A stretch of DNA of 64,000 bases from an uncultured Armatimonadetes bacterium (GCA_963717145.1 OY970325.1:1312001-1376000), one strand, 5' to 3'. Positions 1 through 12,477 are shown, counted from the stretch's first letter. Notes: a model not told the origin generated them from the letters alone. A program made the numbers and translations.

Positions 1-1717
1 CGTTCGGCGCAGAATGATTGTACTCGCTGACGACGAACGGCTTGCCGGCGACGCGATGAAGCGCCATCCAGGTGAGCGAGTCGTCTCCCGGCTTCGCCAC
101 CATCGGAGTGTTGAGAATGCTCCAGTCTGTGCCATCCCAGGACTTGTGTGGGAAGTATGGATGCTGCCAGTAGCGATGGTCGTCCGCGTAGTCCATGAAA
201 GACTCGCGATACATGCCGGCGATTCCCCCCATGCATACCTGACTGTCTATCACGAGAGACTTCGAGCCGAGGGTCTTCTTGACGAACTGATGCATCTCCT
301 GAGCATATGCGCGCTCAGTATCGACAGCGAAAGCCAGGAAGTCCATACGCTGCTGAGCCGTATACATGGTGGTCGGGAATGCGATGCCGCCCGATTCGAG
401 GCCGGCGTCATCCGGCAGGCCGCCTCCCCCACCCCGCCGAAGCTCGATTCCCGCTAGCCAGACCTCACCGATCGCGTTCTGGAAGTTGAAGCTCAGCCTC
501 GTATGCTTCGGCTCGACCTGCGACGCATAGAAGGAGTACTCGAACTCCCGCCATTCGGGAGTCAATTTGACCGCTCGGGAGAGGCCGACATCACGCCAGG
601 GTGATATGTCCAGGCGGACATCCAGGCGTATCTCTCGCGGCTGGTCGGAGCGCGCCCGGAAGCGGACGGTGTACGGCTTGCCCTCGACCAGATCGAGGCC
701 GAGTTGGTGGACCTGGAAGTGCCAGGCCTGAGCGCCGGGATTCGTGAGTTTCGCGTGGAGGCACTTCATACCGGGCTGAGGACCGTCCATGACCTCCATC
801 GAGGCCTTCGCAGGGGAGGGCGCCTCGAGCAGCCAGCGCTCCGTCCCGGCCGAGAAGTCGGAGTTCGTCAGGATATTCGCGCCGATCGGTTCACTTCCGG
901 CCTTCCATGCCATGCGGAGGTTCTCCGTCGAGGAGTACTTCGCCCGCAGCCACGTGACCCACTTCTCCCTCAACTGAGAGAGATAGTATTCCGGCCAATC
1001 GGCGACACTGCCGTCGAGGCAGTAGTCCACCAGGCTGTTCTCGTTGTTGATCTCGATCATGGCGACCGACGGCTCGTCGACGTAGCGGGTCTTGGTGTAC
1101 GGATTCAGATGGGTGAGAAGCTGCGTGGCGTACTCCTTCTGGAGGGCGATCATCCGTGGCTCGAAGTTGTCCACACCCTTATCGTACTTCGGCAGTCTCG
1201 CTGTTTCGAGGAAGCCGTCAGCCTCGGTAAACTTGCGCGTGACGTGAAGGTTGATGTTGGCGTATATGCCCCGAAGCTTGAACTGGCTGATCAGGTAGTC
1301 GAGCCTATCGAGTTGCCCGGCATCGATGTGCTGCTTATCCTTGAAAGCCGGGTCCCAGATGCCCAGGGGAGAGTACATGGCATCCATGCTGTGAAGCCGA
1401 ACGCAGTTGATGCCGAGTTTCGACAGTCTCAGTGCCAGGCGTTCGGCAACTGCGTGTTCCGGAAAACATCCCGAATATCCGAGATTCACCCCGAGGTAAC
1501 GAACGCGATTCCCCTTGCCGTCGAACAAATGGCCGTCCATCGCCCGAACGAATCCGCCCTTCCCCGCAGGGCACTCGTTCATCCACGACATATCGGTCGC
1601 GTCGTGGGCGACGTCCATTGTCTCGACCGAGAATGGGAACATGGCGCTATCCACGGCCGGAACGGCGGCCGATGCCAACACCAGCCTCACGGCCAGACTC
1701 ACGATCACTTTCATCAT
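1..1717 (-). CDS. Secreted glycoside-hydrolase-like protein with carbohydrate-binding (CBM4/9-like) domain; truncated by window start
   Basis: Manual minus-strand translation from ATG 1717/1714: signal-like MKVIVSLAVRLVLASAAVPA, then MFPFSV...GFVRAMDGHLFDGKGNRVRYLGVNLG...LSKLGINCVRLH. Frame appears open to base 1. The + ORFs 14..457 and 704..1750 are its in-register antisense shadows. Confidence 0.75.
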   Translation of the reverse strand, partial: MMKVIVSLAVRLVLASAAVPAVDSAMFPFSVETMDVAHDATDMSWMNECPAGKGGFVRAMDGHLFDGKGNRVRYLGVNLGYSGCFPEHAVAERLALRLSKLGINCVRLHSMDAMYSPLGIWDPAFKDKQHIDAGQLDRLDYLISQFKLRGIYANINLHVTRKFTEADGFLETARLPKYDKGVDNFEPRMIALQKEYATQLLTHLNPYTKTRYVDEPSVAMIEINNENSLVDYCLDGSVADWPEYYLSQLREKWVTWLRAKYSSTENLRMAWKAGSEPIGANILTNSDFSAGTERWLLEAPSPAKASMEVMDGPQPGMKCLHAKLTNPGAQAWHFQVHQLGLDLVEGKPYTVRFRARSDQPREIRLDVRLDISPWRDVGLSRAVKLTPEWREFEYSFYASQVEPKHTRLSFNFQNAIGEVWLAGIELRRGGGGGLPDDAGLESGGIAFPTTMYTAQQRMDFLAFAVDTERAYAQEMHQFVKKTLGSKSLVIDSQVCMGGIAGMYRESFMDYADDHRYWQHPYFPHKSWDGTDWSILNTPMVAKPGDDSLTWMALHRVAGKPFVVSEYNHSAPN

Positions 1718-1895
1718 CCTATTGCCCTTCCCGGCATGGGCCACCTGTGAGACCATGTCCTCACCAGAATATGGCCTGCCGAAGATTGTGTCAAGATGAA
1801 TGTCTCCAACCCCGCAGAAGTGTGGTAGAATGTGGAAGTCGGGTCCGCCATGACGGCGGCCGACCAATACTCAGGCAGGTACAGAATCAGTGGAT

Positions 1896-2366
1896 ATGCA
1901 GGGTAAGGGAACGGTAATAACCCAACAGGGCTACAATGATATAGTGAGCGAACTAGAGAACTTGCTGACCGTGGAGCGGCCTGCTGTCGTCGCGAGGCTC
2001 AAGGAAGCCATCGCGCTCGGCGATCTGAAGGAGAACTTCGACTACCACGATGCCAAGCGACAGCAGGGCATGATGGAATCCCGCATAAGGGATCTCAAGA
2101 GGATCCTCGACGACTCCGCCGTGATCGACTGCGCCAATGGAAACGGCGAGATCGGCGTCGGATCGAAGGTCATGGTTCGCGACCTGAACGATGATTTCGA
2201 GGACGAGTATATGATAGTCGGCCCACCGGAAGCCGATCCGACTGAGGGCAAGATATCGTATGAGTCGAACGTCGGGTCTGCTCTCCTCGGACGGAAAGTC
2301 GGCGACCGGGTATCGGTCGAGACCCCGTGCGGCGTGCTCGAATACGAGATCGTCTGCGTCCAGTAG
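1896..2366 (+). CDS. greA: Transcription elongation factor GreA
   Basis: EAIALGDLKENFDYHDAK and EADPTEGKISYESNVGSALLG motifs. Confidence 0.95.
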   Translation: MQGKGTVITQQGYNDIVSELENLLTVERPAVVARLKEAIALGDLKENFDYHDAKRQQGMMESRIRDLKRILDDSAVIDCANGNGEIGVGSKVMVRDLNDDFEDEYMIVGPPEADPTEGKISYESNVGSALLGRKVGDRVSVETPCGVLEYEIVCVQ

Positions 2367-2368
2367 CA

Positions 2369-2450
2369 ATGGTTGATGGTTCATGGTAAATGGTTGATGG
2401 GAGACATCCGCATCTACCACTCCCCATCAACCATCAACCATTCTCCATCA
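2369..2450. repeat. Inverted heptamer tandem-repeat hairpin, ATGGTTG/CAACCAT family
   Basis: atggttg-atggttc-atggtaa-atggttg-atgg ... ccatcaa-ccatcaa-ccattct-ccatca; the final tca is the stop codon of the minus-strand gene. Confidence 0.9.
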
Positions 2451-3863
2451 CTTCGCCTCCGCCGCTGGTGCTACCTCAGCCGAAGCCGGGTCCTGCACGG
2501 GGGCCGGCGACACGACCTCAGCCGCCGCTTTCTCCACGTCAGCCGGAGGAGTAGCAGTGGGATTCGAAACGGGCGCAGGTGGCACGGTAGTGCGCTTCTC
2601 TGCGTCGTACAGCATGTCGTACGTCGCATTCATCAGCTTGGCAAATCCCTGGCGCTCGGGCGAGTTGTAGATCGCGGAAGCGTTGTCGGCCGTCTCGTTC
2701 CAGTTGTAGTACCCGAGACCGTTTGCGGAAGCGGCGCAATCGATACCGAAGGCCACCGCCCTGTCGTTCGATGAATCGCCATAGAACCGGTATCCGAGGA
2801 CCACTTTCTTGCCGTTGAGCATCATCAGGTCCTGGTCCTTCTTCACCTGGCCGGACGATGTGTTGCCCACGGTGCGGATGAAGACGATGTTGGCAAACTC
2901 GACGATCCGCATATCATTCGCGTCGTTCCAGCGGTACGCGCCGGCGTCGGGGTTGTCGATGCTGAAGGGATACGCGATCTCGGCGGCCAGAAGAACATCC
3001 TTGTGCCTCTTGCGAACATCCGACGCGATATCGTTCAGCGCATTGCCGATGATCTTGGCGCGGAAGGCCATGTGTTCCTTCACGGCAACCGGCATCTTCT
3101 GCTTGTCCTCGAATGCGTAGTTGAAGATCGACTTGTCGCAGGGGTCAATCTCGTCGAAGGTCTTATAGCTGGTTCCCCACTTGGAGTTCAGTTGGTTCAG
3201 ATCGTAGTAGCTGGCCTTCATCCACTTGCGGAAGTAGTTGTTCGTGTCTTCGTCAAACGAGAGCGGCATGCCCTTGTCGTCACGCCATCCCGCCTCGACC
3301 ATCAGCGCCACGACCGGCCGAATCCGCTTGCCATCCTTGATCCGGAGCAGCGCGGGGTCGTTCTCGTACCGGTCCAGGTAGACGTCGATGTAGTGGGCCA
3401 GCGCGCTCCTGAACTCGCCGTCTCGGAAGTCGCAGGAGTCGGGAACAGGCTGCTTGTCCTGGTTCACCGCCTGCTTCAACTCGAGGCGCGAGAACTGCAT
3501 CAACCCCTGGCGGTCTCCCGCTTGCAGCTGCAACCACGGGAGGACGCTGACCTTCTCCTGGCCTGCGAGCTTGTACTCCCTGTCGAGCCAGAACCAGTCG
3601 CGGTTGACCGCCTGGCTGACCTCGTGATCGACGCAAATCGTATTGAAGCCAATTTCCCTCAGCCGCTGGAGGTCCTTTGTCACGGCGGCATCGTCGCTCT
3701 TCCACGGCTCCCACCAGTGGCCGAAGAAGTAGATAGACTTCAGCAGTTGGCCGTCCGCCAGTCGGATGGGATCCTGTGTGGTGATCTTGCCCGCCTGCAC
3801 GACCCCGGCCAGGATTATGAGCGCGATGCAGAGGACGAGCAATCTCGAATGCAGCCTTGACAT
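2448..3863 (-). CDS. Secreted glycoside hydrolase (beta-galactosidase/GH42-like TIM barrel) with Pro/Ala-rich tail
   Basis: Signal peptide; DLQRLREIGFNTI and FRKWMKASYYDLNQLNSKWGTSYKTFDEI motifs typical of GH42-like proteins. Confidence 0.65.
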   Translation of the reverse strand: MSRLHSRLLVLCIALIILAGVVQAGKITTQDPIRLADGQLLKSIYFFGHWWEPWKSDDAAVTKDLQRLREIGFNTICVDHEVSQAVNRDWFWLDREYKLAGQEKVSVLPWLQLQAGDRQGLMQFSRLELKQAVNQDKQPVPDSCDFRDGEFRSALAHYIDVYLDRYENDPALLRIKDGKRIRPVVALMVEAGWRDDKGMPLSFDEDTNNYFRKWMKASYYDLNQLNSKWGTSYKTFDEIDPCDKSIFNYAFEDKQKMPVAVKEHMAFRAKIIGNALNDIASDVRKRHKDVLLAAEIAYPFSIDNPDAGAYRWNDANDMRIVEFANIVFIRTVGNTSSGQVKKDQDLMMLNGKKVVLGYRFYGDSSNDRAVAFGIDCAASANGLGYYNWNETADNASAIYNSPERQGFAKLMNATYDMLYDAEKRTTVPPAPVSNPTATPPADVEKAAAEVVSPAPVQDPASAEVAPAAEAK

Positions 3864-4047
3864 TGAAACCTCCTGTCGTTCACTGGGAAACCGCGATTAT
3901 CGTTAGCCTGAAACCGGCGCATTACGGAAGCCGGCACAATTGCCGGTATTCTAGCATTCGATAGCTTTCAGGTCAAGGAACTGGACTCGCGAGAAACAAC
4001 TGGCGTCGGTGAGTTTGACAAAGACCCTCGCAAATCGTAGAATCCCT

Positions 4048-6255
<2,208 letters not shown>

Positions 6256-6263
6256 CAGAAGCC

Positions 6264-6695
6264 GTGGCCGAACCGAAACGGGCCTTCGACTGGGCGCGAG
6301 CGGTCTCAGCATGGGGGCCCGTCGTTATCTACATGGCGGGCATATCTCTGGCATCAGCACAGGAGACCATGCCTCTCGAGGGCCGGACCGCCCTCTCAGA
6401 TAAGGAGATACACGCGATCGCGTACCTCGGGCTGCTCCTCCTCGCCTATCGGGCAGCCACGATGATTCCGCTCAGGAGCGCCGTCGATCCGGTCTTCCAG
6501 GCGTTCTTCGTCACGATCCTGCACGGAGCGCTCGATGAAGGTCACCAGTATTTCGTGCCTGGCCGGCAGTGCGACCTTTGTGACTTCCTGGCTGACGTGA
6601 CCGGCGCACTGATAGCGGTCCTGGCAATCGTTTCCGTTCGCATTCTCACACGCAAGGGAGGAACCAAGAATGTCCGAAGAAGAGAAAGGCAATGA
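6264..6695 (+). CDS. VanZ family membrane protein
   Basis: DKEIHAIAY and GALDEGHQYFVPGRQCDLCDFLAD motifs. Confidence 0.9.
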   Translation: MAEPKRAFDWARAVSAWGPVVIYMAGISLASAQETMPLEGRTALSDKEIHAIAYLGLLLLAYRAATMIPLRSAVDPVFQAFFVTILHGALDEGHQYFVPGRQCDLCDFLADVTGALIAVLAIVSVRILTRKGGTKNVRRRERQ

Positions 6696-7080
6696 AATGA
6701 CCGATGAGCCCACAGTCGAGCCGGATGACATGGCTCGGGAGGGCGAAGCTCCGTCTGAGCCCCTGGAGGCCGAAGCTCCGTCTGAGCCGGCCCAGGAGCC
6801 GAGTATGGAGGATATCGCCGCCGGACTGCCTCCCGTGGATGTCTACTCGCTGTTGAGAACGTTCATCGGCATGCTCGGAGCGCAGTCCTGGCAGTGGATG
6901 GGACTCGTGAAGGACCCCTCCACAGGCAAGATCGAGAAGGACCTCGTGCAGGCTAAGATCGCAATCGACGCGGTCGCGGCGCTTGTGGCACAACTCGAGG
7001 GAAAAGTCAGCGCGTCGGAATCAGCCGAACTGCAGGGGATGTTGAGCGACCTGCGCATCAACTTCGTGCGCCAAAGCTAG
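6670..7080 (+). CDS. DUF1844-like protein
   Basis: MGLVKDPSTGKIEKDLVQAKIAID...LSDLRINFV; acidic N-terminus with EAPSEP duplicated. Confidence 0.8.
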   Translation: MSEEEKGNEMTDEPTVEPDDMAREGEAPSEPLEAEAPSEPAQEPSMEDIAAGLPPVDVYSLLRTFIGMLGAQSWQWMGLVKDPSTGKIEKDLVQAKIAIDAVAALVAQLEGKVSASESAELQGMLSDLRINFVRQS

Positions 7081-7081
7081 A

Positions 7082-7176
7082 CGGGGGATGGTTGATGGGC
7101 GATGGTTTATGGTTAATGGCGGACCGCTCCCCATCCGCCATCAACCATTCACCATCAACCATCAACCATTCCCCCG
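7082..7176. repeat. Inverted heptamer tandem-repeat hairpin, ATGGTTG family
   Basis: About 5 gatggtt-like units opposite about 5 aaccatc-like units, closed by cggggg/cccccg; overlaps the last codons (GNG*) of the convergent gene. Confidence 0.9.
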
Positions 7177-7602
7177 CGATTTCACCATACGAATCGCCGT
7201 CCCGCGATGGGGCGAGCTGTTCACCTGGACTTGGTCCATCAACTGGCGGATCAGGATGAGGCCGAACCCCCCATCGCTGTCAGGGTTGCGACGACCCGTT
7301 GCACTGTCGAATCCGGTACCGCGATCGATCACCTCGGCTACGATCCTATCGCCGTGCGTAGAGCATCGGACAAGGAGTTCCGCCGAAGATGAGACACCGG
7401 CGGGATAGGCATGACGTACCACATTGGAGCACGCTTCGGAGATCGCCACCTGCAGATCTTCGACCGCGCACCGCGGCATCGATATACCCTCGGCCAAGCC
7501 TGCTATTATCGACCGTATCAGCGATATGTACTTGGCCCTGCTCGGCACTCGGAGTTCGATATAATCATCAGCGCCTCTCAGCGCTGTAGTTCCGTTTTTC
7601 AT
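7162..7602 (-). CDS. Anti-sigma factor / RsbW-like HATPase protein
   Basis: DLQVAISEACSNVVRHAY, DRGTGF, GGFGLILIRQLMDQV. Confidence 0.9.
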   Translation of the reverse strand: MKNGTTALRGADDYIELRVPSRAKYISLIRSIIAGLAEGISMPRCAVEDLQVAISEACSNVVRHAYPAGVSSSAELLVRCSTHGDRIVAEVIDRGTGFDSATGRRNPDSDGGFGLILIRQLMDQVQVNSSPHRGTAIRMVKSRGNG

Positions 7603-7763
7603 GAGTGATCACCTCCACCTCATAGGGATGAAGCTGATCAGTCGCCCTGGCATCACAGCCATACGCATTTTACCCGAAGTCATCTCGGGCAAAACCGTAC
7701 TGCTACGGCATGAAGCAGGAATCACGGTCCGCCGGGCCAAACAATGTAGCTTGGAGGCGCATC

Positions 7764-8276
7764 ATGCCGGACAACGAACCAATGCAGCGGTTATGGTCAC
7801 CGTGGCGCATGGAGTACATCGAGAAGGCCGACGAGATACCCGGCTGCATATTCTGTGGCAAGCCCGCCGAACAGAAGGACCGGGAGAACGGCATCCTGCG
7901 CCGGGGAGAGACCGCATTCATCATGATGAACGCCTTCCCGTACAACACGGGCCACCTGATGATCGCTCCGTACAAGCACACGGCCGATCTGTACGAATTG
8001 AGCGACGAGGAGTTGCTGGAGATCAGCCACCTCGTACGATACTCCGTAAGTCTCCTCAAGGCGGTCATGAAGCCGGACGGGTTCAATCTGGGCGTGAATC
8101 TCGGGCGACCGGCGGGGGCAGGGTTCGCCGACCACGTCCACTGGCATGTCGTACCGAGGTGGAGCGGGGATACGAATTTCATGCCCGTGATCGGCAACAC
8201 CAAGGTGATGCCCGAGAGTCTCGAGGCAACTTACGAAAAGCTTATGCGCCGGATGAAGGAACTGGGAGAACCGTAG
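7764..8276 (+). CDS. HIT family hydrolase
   Basis: LWSPWRMEYI, CIFC, NAFPYNTGH, histidine triad HVHWHVVPRW. Confidence 0.93.
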   Translation: MPDNEPMQRLWSPWRMEYIEKADEIPGCIFCGKPAEQKDRENGILRRGETAFIMMNAFPYNTGHLMIAPYKHTADLYELSDEELLEISHLVRYSVSLLKAVMKPDGFNLGVNLGRPAGAGFADHVHWHVVPRWSGDTNFMPVIGNTKVMPESLEATYEKLMRRMKELGEP

Positions 8277-8277
8277 G

Positions 8278-8934
8278 ATGACCGAAGTCGAGGAGCGGTT
8301 GGAGGAGTTGCGGCAGCAGGTGCTGAGCTGCCGAGCGTGCGGGCTGTGCGAAACGGCCACCAATGTGGTTTTCGGCGAGGGGAATCCGAACACTCCCCTC
8401 GTACTGATAGGAGAGGGCCCCGGCGCGAATGAGGATGCCACCGGTCGTCCATTCGTGGGGCGCGCGGGCCAACTCCTCGACCAGGTCCTGCTGGAGAACG
8501 GCATCACGCGGAAGCACGTTTACATCTGCAACGTGCTGAAATGCCGGGCCAGCATCAGAGAGGGCAGCAGCATTCGCAACCGCCCGCCCAGCGCGGCGGA
8601 GGTCACCGCGTGCCTTCCCTGGCTCCAGAAGCAACTGGATATCATCAAGCCCATGGTTGTGTTGTGCCTGGGCGCACCGGCCGCAAACGTGATAATCCAC
8701 AAGGACTTCAGGATGACCAAGGAGCGCGGCATCTGGTTCACAAGTTCATATGCCGGATATGCGATGGCGGGTCTCCATCCGGCATACGTACTCCGCCAGC
8801 ACGGTGAGGCCTTCGACACCGCGCGCGCCTCGCTGGTGGCCGACATCGGGGCCGCTCGCAAGAAAGTCGTCGAACTGAAGAAATGCGTTAAGGAAGAACC
8901 GGAGGCCGAGCCGGAGAACCTGAACCTGTTCTGA
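8278..8934 (+). CDS. Uracil-DNA glycosylase family 4 (Fe-S)
   Basis: CRACGLC, VFGEG, IGEGPGANEDATGRPFVGRAG, HPAY motifs. Confidence 0.93.
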   Translation: MTEVEERLEELRQQVLSCRACGLCETATNVVFGEGNPNTPLVLIGEGPGANEDATGRPFVGRAGQLLDQVLLENGITRKHVYICNVLKCRASIREGSSIRNRPPSAAEVTACLPWLQKQLDIIKPMVVLCLGAPAANVIIHKDFRMTKERGIWFTSSYAGYAMAGLHPAYVLRQHGEAFDTARASLVADIGAARKKVVELKKCVKEEPEAEPENLNLF

Positions 8935-8947
8935 AAGAGCCGATTTA

Positions 8948-9033
8948 TCTGCGCGAGGTAGGGAACGGTCGCCGTCCCGTTCCGTCCCGCCGCAAACGGA
9001 ACGGGACGGCGACCGTTCCCTACCTCGCGCAGA
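8948..9033. repeat. GTAG-type REP hairpin (perfect 38-bp stem, 10-nt loop)
   Basis: tctgcgcgaggtagggaacggtcgccgtcccgttccgt (8948-8985) is the reverse complement of 8996-9033. Confidence 0.9.
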
Positions 9034-9073
9034 CAAACCGAGGAGCTCCTGCCGTTCGAAGGCTGCAACTAGA

Positions 9074-10431
9074 ATGATTGTTCAAAACACCCCGAGCCAA
9101 GTCGTCCTGCCGTGGATCGATCCCACGCGCGCATTCGCACAAGTGGCGGATCGGACGGGCTCGATCCTCATGGAGACCCAGCCAGGCTCCGGAGGTCGCT
9201 GGTCGATGATCTGCGCCGAGCCGTTCGCGGTCCTGGAGGGCCGGAATGGAACGGCCACACTCACCTCATCCGGCGGAACGGAATCCTACGCATCCGTCTT
9301 CGATGCCCTGCGACTCATACTCGCCGACCGCAGGGCGCTGATAGTCGCCGGGTACCTCGGGTACGAACTCCATGCCCACCTGCGAGATACGCCCATTCCC
9401 GTGCCTGATCCCGCCGAACCACTCGTGCCGGATTGCTGGCTCGGGCTCTACGACACCGCGCTCGTGTTCGATCATGATGAGCGGCGACTGGTCCTGCATC
9501 GATCCGACCGATCAACTACGTGGGACGCCGACTGGGAGCAACGGATCAGCCGTGCCGGAGAGATGGATCACAGTGCGCCACAGGGAAAGTGTTCTTCCGG
9601 CGAGCCGGTTTCCAGTTTCTCGAAGGCCGAGTACATCGATGCCGTGCGCAAGGTCAAGGGCTACATCGCATCAGGCGATATCTATCAGGCGAACCTCTCG
9701 CAGAGGTTCACGATTCCCACGGACGCGCCGCCCTGGGAGCTGTACCTCCGACTTCGCGAGTCGAACCCGGCGCCCTATGCGGCGTACCTGAACCTCGGGG
9801 GCTATCAGATCGTCAGCTCGTCACCGGAACTCTTCCTCGCATTTGACCCCACGACGTGCATCGCTGAGACGCGCCCGATCAAGGGCACGAGGCCACGGGG
9901 AGCATCCGAGCATGAAGACAGGCTGCTGGCGGACGAACTGCTGGCGAGTGAGAAAGACCAGGCTGAGAATGTGATGATCGTGGACCTCGAGCGAAATGAC
10001 CTCGGACGCGTGTGCCGATTCGGCTCGGTAGAGGTGCCGGGGCTCTTCACGCTCGAAAGCCATCCGACGGTCCACCATCTCGTTTCGACGGTCAAGGGGA
10101 CTCTTCGACCCGAGTGCGATCGAGTCGATCTGCTGATGGCGTGTTTTCCGGGAGGCTCGATCACAGGCGCCCGAAGATCCGCTCGATGGAGATCATCGCC
10201 GAGCTGGAGCCCGTGCCCCGATACGTCTACACGGGGTCGATCGGCTGGTTCGGTGCTGATGGAACGATGAACTTGAGCATAGTGATTCGAACCGCCGTCT
10301 TCAAGGACGGACTCTGCTACCTGCACGTTGGCGGCGGGATCGTGGCTGATTCCGATCCGGACATGGAATACCAGGAAACGCTCGATAAAGGGCGCGCTTT
10401 CTTCGAGGTGTTAGGATGTGCATCGATCTGA
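9074..10431 (+). CDS. pabB: Aminodeoxychorismate synthase component I; one frameshift near 10171 (probable sequencing error)
   Basis: GDIYQANLSQR, SSSPELF, PIKGT, AENVMIVDLERNDL; FPGGSITGA|PKIRSMEII is split by a missing C in a C-run. Confidence 0.88.
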
Positions 10432-11291
10432 ATGAAACTTGGGGACTCGTATACGTGAACGGCACGCTGATGCCTGCTGGTGAGGCGAGTGTGTCCGCGC
10501 TCGATCGCGGGCTTCTCTACGGGGATGGCTTGTTCGAGACGATCCGGGTGTACAACGGTATGCCGTTCATGCTCGACGCTCACATCCGACGCATGGGCGA
10601 CGGATGCGCGGTCATCGAATTCCCGCCACCGGATCCTGACGAGATCAGGCGCGCCGCACGTCAGGTCCTCGAGGCCAACGACCTCACCGGAGATGCCTAC
10701 CTGCGAGTCACCGTCACCCGTGGCCCGACCGGTCGCATGTGGACGGATCTCGGAGGTTCGCAGCCGACGCTGATCGCAGTGGCGAAGCCCTACTCGCCCC
10801 CGGACCATGGCAACGGATTGCGGCTCACTGTTTCCCAATCGTTCCGAAGCGACGAGCGCAGCCCGCTGAGCCGGATCAAGCAGACCGGCATCCTATGGAA
10901 GATCATGCCCAGAGTCCAGGCGCAACGCGCGGGCTTCGATGATGCGCTGCTGCTCAACACGTCCGCTGACATCTCTGAGGGGACTTCCGCGAACATCTTC
11001 TGGACAAAGGACGGCGCGCTGCATACACCTGCGCTCGAATGCGGGATCCTTCCCGGAATCACGCGATCGCTCGTCATACAAGTTGCGCGCGAGCACAACA
11101 TCGCTGTCACCGAGGGATGCTTCCCGATCGAGCATCTGCTCAGCGCGGACGAGGCGTTCCTGACGAGTTCGACCGCCGAGCTTGTCCCCGTCCGCTCCAT
11201 CGGCGACACCGAGTTCCCCGGCGGACCGATCACAGGTCTCTTGACACGGCTCTACCGTCAGAGGATACGCGTCTCCCAAACCTGCCCTTGA
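10416..11291 (+). CDS. pabC: Class IV aminotransferase / aminodeoxychorismate lyase
   Basis: DRGLLYGDGLFET, EGTSANIF, ILPGITR; directly follows pabB. Confidence 0.8.
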   Translation: MCIDLNETWGLVYVNGTLMPAGEASVSALDRGLLYGDGLFETIRVYNGMPFMLDAHIRRMGDGCAVIEFPPPDPDEIRRAARQVLEANDLTGDAYLRVTVTRGPTGRMWTDLGGSQPTLIAVAKPYSPPDHGNGLRLTVSQSFRSDERSPLSRIKQTGILWKIMPRVQAQRAGFDDALLLNTSADISEGTSANIFWTKDGALHTPALECGILPGITRSLVIQVAREHNIAVTEGCFPIEHLLSADEAFLTSSTAELVPVRSIGDTEFPGGPITGLLTRLYRQRIRVSQTCP

Positions 11292-11316
11292 TCGCACGGC
11301 GCAAACACGGTACAAT
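11288..11316 (+). promoter_or_regulatory. Sigma70-type promoter for the small MshEN gene
   Basis: TTGATC-17 bp-TACAAT. Confidence 0.55.
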
Positions 11317-11337
11317 AGCCTACGGAGGATTCAAGTC

Positions 11338-11553
11338 ATGGCAGACAACAAACCACTTGGTGAGATAATCGTAGATATGGGCTTCGCTTCGCGCGATCAG
11401 ATAATCGAGTGCCTCAACATGCAGACTGAGATACACCAGAAGGGGCTCGACCGAATCCCGCTTGGCTCGCTCCTGATCAAGACCGGGTATCTGACGTCCA
11501 ACCAGCTCGACAAGGCGCTCGTGAAACAGATGAGGCACCGGCTGCCGAACTGA
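11338..11553 (+). CDS. Stand-alone MshEN-like small protein (candidate c-di-GMP binder)
   Basis: Two motifs resembling RLGxxLxxxGxxxxxxLxxxLxxQ: PLGEIIVDMGFASRDQIIECLNMQ and PLGSLLIKTGYLTSNQLDKALVKQ; RBS GGAGG. Confidence 0.7.
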   Translation: MADNKPLGEIIVDMGFASRDQIIECLNMQTEIHQKGLDRIPLGSLLIKTGYLTSNQLDKALVKQMRHRLPN

Positions 11554-11560
11554 GAGCGGA

Positions 11561-11637
11561 TAGACATTAGACTCTGGACATTAGACTCCGGATGGAAGGT
11601 CCAATGTCTGACGTCTAAGGTCTAGTGTCTAATGTCT
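11561..11637. repeat. Inverted heptamer tandem-repeat hairpin, TAGAC(AT/TC) family
   Basis: tagacat-tagactc-tggacat-tagactc ... gtctgac-gtctaag-gtctagt-gtctaat-gtct; supplies the nfo stop codon. Confidence 0.88.
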
Positions 11638-12477
11638 CCCCCGCAATCCCTTCAACACCGCGATATCCCGGGCATGATCCTCGGGAGACTCAGCCGGCGA
11701 CTCGACGATAACTGCCAGGTCCGTGAGCGCCGGATGCTTCAGCAGGGCCGCAAACCCATCGATTCCGATCGTGCCTCGCCCTATGTTCGCATGCCGGTCT
11801 GCGCGAGAACCGACGGCGCTCCTGCTATCGTTCAGATGAAGCAGTTTCAGCCACTCCATGCCGACAACTGAGTCGAACTCGGCGAGAGTCCGGTTCACGG
11901 CATCCTCGCTCGACACATCGTACCCGGCGCCCCACAGATGCGCGGTGTCGAGACAGATTCCGAGCCTCCCGCCGAACTCCGACAGCCCGCTGAGAATCGC
12001 GCTCAGTCCCTCGAATCGGCTTCCGATGAGGTCACCCCCGCCCGCCGAGTTCTCCAGCAGCACTATGGCTGGTGAAGTGCTGTCCCCGAGGACTCGTCTG
12101 ACCGCATCCTGCACCCGAGGCACGCCCGCTTCCATGCCGTCGCCGCGGTGGCTGCCGATGTGCGTCACCACGAACTCAGCGCCGAGTGCATCGGCCCGGA
12201 CGAGTGAATCAGCCAGCGCATCGACTGACTTGGAGTAGATGGCCGCGTCCGGAGAGGCGAGGTTCAGAAGATATTGTGTGTGGACGACGACGGGGTGGAT
12301 ATCGTGCCGAGCGGTGAGACTCCGGAAGAGGGCGGCGAGATCATCCGGGATCGCACGGGTCCGCCAGGCGCTCGGGTTGGCGGCGAAGACCTGGATCGCC
12401 TCGCAGCCGATGCCCGCGGCCACTTCAACGGCCTCTGCGAGTCCCTTTCCGGTACGCTGGTGTGCGCCGATTCTCAT
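11629..12477 (-). CDS. nfo: Endonuclease IV
   Basis: MRIGAH, HTQYLLNLAS, LLENSAG, CLDTAH, HLNDS...DRHANIG. Confidence 0.95.
   Translation of the reverse strand: MRIGAHQRTGKGLAEAVEVAAGIGCEAIQVFAANPSAWRTRAIPDDLAALFRSLTARHDIHPVVVHTQYLLNLASPDAAIYSKSVDALADSLVRADALGAEFVVTHIGSHRGDGMEAGVPRVQDAVRRVLGDSTSPAIVLLENSAGGGDLIGSRFEGLSAILSGLSEFGGRLGICLDTAHLWGAGYDVSSEDAVNRTLAEFDSVVGMEWLKLLHLNDSRSAVGSRADRHANIGRGTIGIDGFAALLKHPALTDLAVIVESPAESPEDHARDIAVLKGLRGRH

Noticed and set aside
704-1750. 348-aa plus-strand ORF, and similar long ORFs such as 4567..6312-, 27339..28973-, 48391..49917+, 44448..45803-
   Set aside because: In-register antisense shadows of recognisable genes, which is common in high-GC DNA.
10168-10175. 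Programmed frameshifting in pabB (also tatA/B, pfkB, pilin, oxidoreductase)
   Set aside because: These are single-base indels, mostly in short G/C runs, with no slippery heptamers. The pattern fits long-read error.
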